Shown here one piece after another: positions 38,101-43,639 of a stretch of DNA of 64,000 bases (within the stretch, counting starts at the first letter, position 1; every line of letters starts with the position of its first letter). Location: assembly GCA_017938885.1 (NCBI GenBank), contig JAGBAS010000093.1:3190-67189 (forward strand). Reading direction: 5' to 3'. Under the pieces are notes generated by a model, which ran no database searches, was not told the DNA's origin, and saw only the letters and a list, made by a program, of their open reading frames with translations. The position numbers and the translations under genes were made by a program. Origin of the DNA: Clostridia bacterium. GTDB lineage: Bacteria > Bacillota > Clostridia > Oscillospirales > CAG-272.

Positions 38101-38854
38101 AGGCGCAGGTGTAGGTAGTATAGCCCTCGGTGGCGCAGGTGGGCTCTGTGACCGCCGTCTCGTACTGATGCCCTTCGGCGATGACGAAATCATCCCGATA
38201 GGTGTGTCCGCAGGCGCAGGTATAGGTGGTGTAGCCGTCCAGGGCGCAGGCGGGCGGGGTGACGGCGGTCTCGTACCGGTGCCCCGTGGCGGGGATGTAA
38301 TCACCCCGATAGGTATCCCCGCAGGCGCAGGTATAGGTAGTGTAGCCGTCCTGCGCACAGGTGGGCGGTGTGACCTCGGTTTCATACTGATGCCCCGTGG
38401 CGGGGATATAATCCTCCCGATACAGATCCCAGCAGTGGCATATGTAGGTGGTGTAGCCATCTTCGGTACAGGTGGGAGGCACCACCTGGGCGGTGTAGGT
38501 GTGTCCCGTAGCGGGCACGGAACGGGTCTCGGCCAGGTTACAAACCTGACAAACCGAGGACTCCTCTCCCGCCTCGGTGCAGGTGGCGGGCTTGGTCTCC
38601 GTCCACTCCCCCATGGTATGCCCGAGCCTGTCGATCAGCTCCAGCTCAAACTGCTGACAGCCCTCCACGGTGCACAGCTTGGCCCGCACGCCCTGGGTGG
38701 AGCAGGTCGGAGCCAGCACCTCCTGCCATTCGCCGAGGATATGCTCGTGCTCGGGAACTTCTACGTTGGGATCCGTCTCGTCACAAGCTGTAAGCGTGCA
38801 TAAGAAAAGCAACGCCGTCAGGATCATGCACAGCATCAAAAATTTCTTTTTCAT
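32171..38854 (-). CDS. Giant (2227 aa) lipoprotein: two blocks of about 33-aa His/Cys repeats alternating with two BspA-type leucine-rich-repeat blocks
   Basis: Lipobox LFLCTLTAC. About 28 repeats of two types: ATGH.Y..VVT.PTCT..GYTTYTC.CG and ATGHTE.I.AV.PTCTE.GLTEG.KCSVC. LRR units: IPEGVTSIG..AF..C..LTSVTLP..L. The C-terminal 80 aa or so are non-repetitive. Confidence 0.85.
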   Translation of the reverse strand: MKKKFLMLCMILTALLFLCTLTACDETDPNVEVPEHEHILGEWQEVLAPTCSTQGVRAKLCTVEGCQQFELELIDRLGHTMGEWTETKPATCTEAGEESSVCQVCNLAETRSVPATGHTYTAQVVPPTCTEDGYTTYICHCWDLYREDYIPATGHQYETEVTPPTCAQDGYTTYTCACGDTYRGDYIPATGHRYETAVTPPACALDGYTTYTCACGHTYRDDFVIAEGHQYETAVTEPTCATEGYTTYTCACGHTYRDDYTPTTEHQYQTEVTPATCSSVGYTTYTCTCGHTYESNFTPRIRHKYTSVVTPPTCTEQGYTTRSCVCGLTTVGNYVDALGHEMGKWHEVKAPSCGQEGSASRSCLACGSIEIRQIAAIDHVFIEGVCYLCGEFSLSPSVGLAFTSNGDGTCYVSGMGTCRDTVVVIPTVSPKGDTVTAIGDQAFAVCASIKTVMIPRGITSIGYNAFFLCTSLTRVILPDTLTHVGQGAFQNCEALPLITLPDSVTSLGAYAFYACYSMSFVKLSKGLTAIPEYAFYDCDRIVSVTIPEGVTSIGHDAFMDCSLLATVTLPDSLTFIDEYAFSNCPAMTEISVPAGVTAIGEAAFFNTDHLTDVYYDGTQAEWNQIDIGLYNDPLLNATMHFSGVSEPECSHAFGKWKTVQEATCTEEGTRVRSCNKCGKTELRAISATGHSYDSVVTAPTCTTNGYTTHTCTKCDHAYSDGQTPAKGHTEVTIPAVLPTCTETGLTEGEKCSVCGEVLAAQQTVAATGHTEVIDAAVAPTCTETGLTEGKHCSVCHAILAAQTMVSATGHSYDSVVTAPTCTADGYTTYTCACGDSYVGEHTPATGHSYAAVVTAPTCTAQGYTTYTCACGYHYVADYTNTVPHAMGEWRETVAPTYDSNGEKRRDCAYCDYFETEIIGMLSHTYDAVITPPTCTERGYTTYTCSECGDSYIGNYVDRIPHEFGEWYEFKAPSCTELGQSKRDCEHCGHVEAKEIPKLAHTYEAAITAPTCMAEGYTTYTCTCGDRYTDDRVNATGHTHETLPAMEATCTETGLTEGIKCSVCDEIITAQQIVPAKGHTPAVLPAADATCTEAGLTKGEKCAVCGEILTAQQSVPAKGHDYQSVVTAPTCTAGGYTTHTCSVCGHMYTDGQTAAKGHTEQTLTAVPPTCTEDGFAEGVKCAVCGEILTSQGRIPATGHSYGSVVMSPTCTTGGYTTHTCSVCGHAYTDSEVTATGHTEVVIPAVASTCTEEGLTEGTKCSVCDEIITAQQTVPATGHTHETIPAVAPTCTEEGLTEGVKCSVCHAVLETQHTVLALGHTEEIIPAVNATCTASGLTAGKKCSVCGEVLAAQQTIPATGHTYTAVVTPASCGERGYTTHTCNLCGDVRVDSFVEVRDHEYEGGNCVYCGLTHSDYFTFTELADGTYSIKMKSKNDMPSRILLPATYNGAAVTTLAYHAFYGCTLITEVILPDSITFMEGHAFNGCSALEKITLSENLTNLSYSAFSGCSRITEIILPDSITSMDAYAFYGCTALERITLSESLTIISDYAFSSARALTTVTVPASVRSIGQRAFTDCRALGSIVFNEGLESIGYEAFSNCSALTAVILPNGLVSLGQSVFNGCSKLASVRLPDTLTSIGSYAFNNCSVLTEIVIPEGVTSIQRSTFQNCKALTSVTLPATLTSIDESAFNSCHALASIQIPAGVTAIGKDAFRYCKALSSIVIPNSVTSLGQSVFSDCNALTSVTIGSGVKVLPTWAFSNCSALASLEIPANVTEIGQAAFEKCVKLTDLTLHEGLVTIGEKAFSECTLLSDITLPCTLRTIGKYAFYKCNALTSIAIPEGVTVIPENAFQYCYDLTSVTLPSTLISIERYAFNNCPFTSIDLPDGLIKIGYSAFNSCKSLTAIVIPDSVTLIDEHAFAYCEKLANVTLSKNITAISASAFRSCKALTSIIIPDGVTSIGNNAFDSCTSLTEIAIPVGVTSVGGNAFYVCTALERVTLPEGLLTIGSSAFNNTKLREIVIPDSVTSIGSSAFATCRSLESVKLSASLTALEYNLLYDCRKLTAILIPEGVTSIAEGVFDNCQSLAMVSIPSTVTSIGKHAFRNCTSLTEITLPEGLVSIGESAFSGCTSLTTVNIPAGVTALENGTFYNCKALTSITIPASVVKFGYNVFANCSALTEIRFETTEGWWYTSSSTATSGTAIDSALLSDPASAATAMVTTYKGYYLKRA

Positions 38855-38882
38855 ATCTGTTTCTCCATAAAATCAAAGTATA

Positions 38883-39209
38883 TCAGGTTTTGCTCATACA
38901 TTCGATGCATAAGCCGTCCGTGTCGTGATAGCAGTCATCACATACCCGCCTTTGGCAGACGGGACAGCGGTTGACGTGCAGCAGGACCTCCTTGTTCGCC
39001 CGATCATACGCGCTTGCGTGGTCGCTCTGCCAGATCAACTCTCTTGCTTTTTGCTCCGACCTTGAGATAAAGACTTTCGCTTTGAACGGCGGCTTGTACG
39101 GATAGGTGATCCGGGAGACCTCACGCCCGCACAGGTCGCAAAAAAAAGTAAATCTGAATACCTCAAGCGTGGAGCCGTCCTCATACTTTTTCGTTACGGG
39201 TTCCAGCAT
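38883..39209 (-). CDS. Small cytoplasmic protein with four CxxC motifs (zinc-ribbon-like), 28 nt upstream of the giant LRR gene
   Basis: Start at MLEPVTKKYEDG (RBS aaagggggg). Motifs: CDLC, CPVC, CDDC, CIEC. No signal peptide. Confidence 0.6.
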   Translation of the reverse strand: MLEPVTKKYEDGSTLEVFRFTFFCDLCGREVSRITYPYKPPFKAKVFISRSEQKARELIWQSDHASAYDRANKEVLLHVNRCPVCQRRVCDDCYHDTDGLCIECMSKT

Positions 39210-39356
39210 TCTTTTCCCCCCTTTCATTACGGACATCATACTGTTCTCCCATTATATAGGATCTTGACGGTTCTGTGACCCTCCCGACGGGGGGGTAAGT
39301 GGGGGGGAGCAGGTTTTTTTCGCCGAAACGGGAGAAATATGATCGACTTCAGGCAG

Positions 39357-39387
39357 ACAAAAAGAGCAGCCGATCACTCGACTGCTC
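39357..39387 (-). terminator. Intrinsic terminator after 39400-41793
   Basis: The minus strand reads GAGCAGtCGAgtgaTCGgCTGCTC followed by TTTTT. Confidence 0.65.
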
Positions 39388-39399
39388 TGTGTGTATGCC

Positions 39400-41793
39400 T
39401 TAGGGATCCTTGCGATGCCTTCCGTCGATCCGCTCGAACAGCTCGTTCTTGCTTCCGACACCCAGCTTCCCGTAGACCTTTCGTGTGTATTCCTTGACGG
39501 TGTTGACCGTGATACCGAGATAGTAGGCGATCTCGCTCTGCTTTCTGCCCTTGAGCAGCTCGCGCAGCACGTCCAGCTCGCGGTCTGTCAGAAGATTGAC
39601 CTCCTCCGTATCCCGCAGGATGCGGTCGATCTCTTCATCCGTGTAGCGCATGCGAACAATGATGGGAGGCGGGACGGTTGCCGTGCCCTCGGCGGGGACT
39701 GCGTCAGAGACGGCAGGGATGGGCTCGCGCTCCTTGCGGTTGCGTCTGAAAAGGAGCAGAACGCAGACGACACCAAGCACCGACACGGCAACCGACAGGA
39801 GCACAATGGGAAGGAGAGGAAAGCGGGGAGGCTCCTCGCCGGGAGGTGCCGTCGAAGGCGTGACAGGCTCGGTGGCGGGAGTTGAAGTCACTTCGGTATC
39901 AGGCAATATGACAGGCTCCGTATCCGGCGTTGTGACAGGCTCAGTTACCGGCGTTGTGACAGGCTCCGTTACCGGCGGCTCGGGGGGAGCCGTCACGGGC
40001 GGCACTTCGGTCTCGTTAAGACGGTAGCAGGCGTAATAGGTGACGTCGCCTGCGGTACTGTGCACCGCACCCTCCGCGATAGGCTCTCCCTCACCGTCAG
40101 CCGTGGCGAACCATCCCGAGAAGGTATAGCCCTCCTTGGCCTCTGATTCAGGGAAGAGGATCGGTGCGCCGAAGTCGCAGGACACCCTCGTTTCCGTCTC
40201 TCCCATCACAAAGGTGATCTTGTAGGTGTTGGGTGTCCAGACCGCGTACAGATCGACGTACTCGGTGCCGCCTCCTACGGAGAGCCGCGTATCGGGGGCG
40301 TAGTCCCCTCCGTCACCGAATTGCCAACGGTCGAAGGTATAGCCGTCCTTTTGGTATTCGGGAAGGGTGGGTATCTCGCCATAGCAGACCGTGACGGTAT
40401 CCTTTACCTCTCCGTCCACAAGGAAACGGTAGGTCATATCGGAACGGGCATTGTTGCCTGCGTGGAAAACGCCGTGGCGGTTATCAAAGCGGTTACCCGA
40501 GACGCCCTCCAAAGCATCGCCGTCGATCTCCACGCTGCCCTCCATATGCTTATAAGGATCGCCCAAGTGATTGGTTTCGGTCATGTAACAGTATTGATTT
40601 GCTTCGCTCGGCATCGCTTCTGTGCGACCTTCGCCGTGAAGGGCACATCCGAACAAGGAAAGGCGTTCCGCATCGTATTCCTTCATAGCAGGCGTGTTGC
40701 CCGACAAGGTGGAGAGAACCAGGAAGGTCTTGCCCACACCTCCGCTACCGAGCTCCGCTTGGTTTTCGGATATGTAAAGCGCGCCGCCGGATGCGGCAGT
40801 ATTGTTTGCGATCGTGCCGTTGACAACGGTAACGAGGTTATTGCCGTAATTCTCGTTCCAGATACCGCCTCCGTTCTCGGTTGCACGATTGCCCGAGATC
40901 ACACAGCCGTCCAGTACGCTTTCGGTGTAAGAAAGCGCAATGCCTCCGCCGTTTCTGGCTTGGTTATCGAAAACGTAACAGTTCTTCATATGGAGCGTTC
41001 CGCGCCCCACGTAGACACCGCCGCCCTTGGTCAGCGTGTCGGGATAGAAATTCTCAAAGCGGTTTCCGCTGATCTTGCAGCTTTCAAGGGTAACGGTCGC
41101 CTGATCTGCCCATATCGCGCCGCCGTAACCCGATACGTTGCGGGAAAGCTCGCAGTTTTTCATATCAAGAAAGATATTGCCCGCGCCGGAAAGATAAATC
41201 GCGCCGCCATAGCCGCCTGCGTTGGCGTTCAGCGAACAGTCCTCAAAAGAGACGGACAAACGGTGACCTACGCTGTCGGCAGAAGAATAAATGCCGTAGA
41301 CCGCGCCGCCGTTTGCCATACTGTAACCCGAAAAATCACAGTTTACAAAGGCTGCATCGACACAGCGGGAGAAAAATACCGCCGGGCGGATCTTGGTCGC
41401 CGTCATGATCTGTTTCCCCGTAAAGTCGGTTTTGTCGATGTCATTCACGCCCGCAAAGGTGATATTTTCAAAACGGATATGTATGGTATCCTGCTCGGAC
41501 GCGCCGCCCATCACAGCAAACGCGCCGCCCGAAAAGACAGCAGGCGTATTCTTACCGCTTTTAATGGTCACTCCCTTAGAAAGTGTCATCCCCATCGGGG
41601 AGTAGGCAAATTCGATATCGCCGACAAGGATCGTATCGCCCTCACTTGCATGATGAAGTGCCTCCTTCAGCTCTGACTCTGTGGTGATCAGCTTGGGCTC
41701 GGCGGCGAACGCTCCCGTGCTCATCGCCGCAAGCACTGCCGCGACTGCCCAGATCGTCAAAAAAACGCATATGACTGTTTTTTTACGGTTCAT
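39400..41793 (-). CDS. Type I membrane protein: signal peptide, beta-helix with GGA[IV][YW] (Pmp-like) repeats, two Listeria-Bacteroides (Flg_new) repeats, P/T linker, one TM helix, C-terminal cytoplasmic LuxR/GerE HTH
   Basis: Signal peptide ...STGAFA/AE. Seven NGGA/YGGAI-type motifs. GYTFDRWQF and GYTFSGWF. TM FPLLPIVLLSVAVSVLGVVCVLLLF followed by RRNRKER. The C-terminus is LTDRELDVLRELLKGRKQSEIAYYLGITVNTVKEYTRKVYGKLGVGSKNELF. Confidence 0.8.
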   Translation of the reverse strand: MNRKKTVICVFLTIWAVAAVLAAMSTGAFAAEPKLITTESELKEALHHASEGDTILVGDIEFAYSPMGMTLSKGVTIKSGKNTPAVFSGGAFAVMGGASEQDTIHIRFENITFAGVNDIDKTDFTGKQIMTATKIRPAVFFSRCVDAAFVNCDFSGYSMANGGAVYGIYSSADSVGHRLSVSFEDCSLNANAGGYGGAIYLSGAGNIFLDMKNCELSRNVSGYGGAIWADQATVTLESCKISGNRFENFYPDTLTKGGGVYVGRGTLHMKNCYVFDNQARNGGGIALSYTESVLDGCVISGNRATENGGGIWNENYGNNLVTVVNGTIANNTAASGGALYISENQAELGSGGVGKTFLVLSTLSGNTPAMKEYDAERLSLFGCALHGEGRTEAMPSEANQYCYMTETNHLGDPYKHMEGSVEIDGDALEGVSGNRFDNRHGVFHAGNNARSDMTYRFLVDGEVKDTVTVCYGEIPTLPEYQKDGYTFDRWQFGDGGDYAPDTRLSVGGGTEYVDLYAVWTPNTYKITFVMGETETRVSCDFGAPILFPESEAKEGYTFSGWFATADGEGEPIAEGAVHSTAGDVTYYACYRLNETEVPPVTAPPEPPVTEPVTTPVTEPVTTPDTEPVILPDTEVTSTPATEPVTPSTAPPGEEPPRFPLLPIVLLSVAVSVLGVVCVLLLFRRNRKEREPIPAVSDAVPAEGTATVPPPIIVRMRYTDEEIDRILRDTEEVNLLTDRELDVLRELLKGRKQSEIAYYLGITVNTVKEYTRKVYGKLGVGSKNELFERIDGRHRKDP

Positions 41794-41832
41794 GTATACA
41801 CCTCGTCTTTCACAAACATCATCATTGGCTTA

Positions 41833-41861
41833 ATTATAACATAATACATGCTTTTTTTCAA
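41833..41861 (-). promoter_or_regulatory. Promoter of 39400-41793
   Basis: The minus strand reads TTGAAA-N17-TGtTATAAT, about 40 nt upstream of the ATG at 41793. Confidence 0.6.
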
Positions 41862-42119
41862 TATGTTTGAAAGGAAATGTTGTGTAAATCCAAATCAGGA
41901 AGAATCATTTTGCTTTAGTCCCCGATTTTTGCCTTTCGTCCGTGTCCGGTGTAGCATAGCTCTCGCAGCTGTCAACGTGAAAAATTATCGCTGAAAAATG
42001 AAATATCATTGAGAAAGTCAAGTAGCCATATTTGACTTTTTCTTTATCTCCACGCACTATTTTTTCGTGTACTGAAAACTGACCATACCTCTCGTTGACA
42101 TCTGCACACTATACCTCAA

Positions 42120-42986
42120 ATGAGCATACCCAACACCCGACCTATGCTCCCCCGACCCTGCCGAAATGGCTCGCGAACAGCGAAGCTGTTCAGAAAATCG
42201 GGAGGTATAGAAGAGGTATTTGAGAATATGTATCCGCAAATCGTGCCCCGGGAGATTTTCGACCGCGTGCGAAGCAAGATCACCGCCAACAAGTACGGCA
42301 AGCTAAGCGTGGAGGTGGTCTACCTACTCCGTCACAAGCTCAAATGCGGTTACTGTGGCCAGCCCATCAGCGCAGAAACGGGTACATCCAAGACAGGAGC
42401 CAAAAAGCGCTACTACAAATGCTACGGTCGCAAAAATCACAACGGATGCCAAAAGTCCATGATGCGGAAGGATCAGCTTGAAAATCTGGTGGTATCCACC
42501 ATCATCGACGAGTTATCCAAGCCCAAGACCCTTGACCAGATCGTAGCCGGGCTTCTGGAGGAACAGGAACGGTACATCAAGGAACACTACATGCTGAACG
42601 TACTACTCCGCGAGCAGCGGCAAGTCGAAACCTCCATTGAGAACGTCATGGAGGCCATCGAGCGAGGTGTGATCACCAACACGACCACCAAGCGTTTGAA
42701 GGATTTGGAGGCGAGACAGGAAGAGCTTGACAGGCAGATCCTCATAGAGAGAAGCAAAAACGCAGTGAGGGTATCCGTCGAGGAAATCAAGATGTACTAC
42801 AAGGAAGCCTTGGCTTTGGAGGCCCAGATGCTCATTAACTATATCGTGAAGGAGATCGTCATGTACGATGACAAGATCGAAATCTTTTTCCATAAACCTA
42901 CACGGAACAGTCCCGATGAAAGTCGGGGCTGTTTTGTTTATAAGGGGCGGAATGAAAATTTCGATGTCCAGATATGGATCGTGTGA
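42120..42986 (+). pseudogene. Large serine recombinase lacking the N-terminal catalytic (resolvase) domain
   Basis: VFENMYPQIVPREIFDRVRSKI is the end of the recombinase domain. KCGYCGQPISAETGTSKTGAKKRYYKCYGRKNHNGC is the zinc ribbon, followed by a coiled coil. The first 25 codons or so look unrelated, and there is no Ser-nucleophile domain. Confidence 0.75.
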
Positions 42987-43061
42987 AACAAGCCGTATAG
43001 ACGATTCTGAGGGCGTAGAGCGGCACTTGGAAACGCCTATAAGCCTTACGGGTAAAAAGGG

Positions 43062-43212
43062 CAAAAAAGAAGAACCTAAGACAAACAACAGGCTATGCCT
43101 AGTGTTCGTTTTAGGTTCTTACTGGCGGAGATGGGGGAATGCCATTCATGTACACAACACCCTGTACTCCTTAAGGTGGCAATATTATAGCATAAAAGGG
43201 ATTTTATGTCAA
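43062..43212 (-). ncRNA. Candidate small transcription unit (c): consensus promoter, conserved box, intrinsic terminator
   Basis: Minus strand: TTGACA (43207-43212), N17, TGcTATAAT (43184-43192), ccttaaggag..., ATGAATGGCATTCCCCCATCTCCGCCA, a 17-bp hairpin, then a T-run. It is convergent with the recombinase fragment. Confidence 0.45.
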
Positions 43213-43271
43213 CAAAATTTTCCTCTCGTTATCGTAGAGGAACAATCATCAAACTTCAATATTTCGAAAGA

Positions 43272-43313
43272 ACAAAGGGCTGTTATTTCCATCAAGAAAT
43301 AACAGCCCTTTGT
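43272..43313. repeat. Perfect 18-bp inverted repeat with a 6-nt loop
   Basis: acaaagggctgttatttc-catcaa-gaaataacagccctttgt. Confidence 0.85.
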
Positions 43314-43508
43314 CATTCAACACTTCGAATGCGTTTTTCGATTTCAGCTCCAGGCAGCCTTAGCGACTGTTTTTCAATCCAATGTTTACGTTGCTTCTTG
43401 GCAGTCTCATGGACCTTTATCAAAACACCCTTACTGAAATTATGATGAAAGTAAATACAAATGTGTGAGCACACCTAGCGTTAAGCTAATCTTTTTTTTA
43501 AGTTTAGC

Positions 43509-43600
43509 AAAAAAAGAACCCGAACCAAACAACAATGTGTTCGATTCAGGTCCTTTTTGTGGCGGAGGGTGTGAGACGTAAAACGACCCTTTTGAATCGT
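43509..43600 (-). repeat. Hairpin+GGCGGAG module, subtype 2 (i), in the 3' UTR of 43640-46330
   Basis: gaacccgaaccaaaca / tgttcgattcaggtcc hairpin with A/T-runs, then tggcggagggtgtgagacgtaaaacgacccttttgaatcg. Confidence 0.7.
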
Positions 43601-43639
43601 TTCCGTTTCCCGTCTCCTCATCCACCTCAACCGAGCGGA

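Noticed and set aside
32171-38854. CRISPR-like or DGR-like regular repeats
   Set aside because: The regular repeats of about 100 bp are in-frame coding repeats (His/Cys units and LRRs) of variable sequence with no unique spacers. The same holds for the 15-bp, 24-bp and 33-bp linker repeats at 4272-4361, about 39900-39980 and about 26940-27080. No cas genes and no reverse transcriptase are in the window.
42603-43088. Conserved minus-strand ORFs antisense to the recombinase fragments (42603-43088 and 13734-14066), which resemble each other
   Set aside because: Their similarity simply mirrors the conserved recombinase coding sequence on the opposite strand. They have no independent start signals, and they begin inside the terminator hairpin.
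42120-43212. An intact integrative element, prophage or ICE
   Set aside because: The recombinase lacks its catalytic domain. No replication, conjugation, capsid or tail genes occur anywhere in the window. Only remnants are present.
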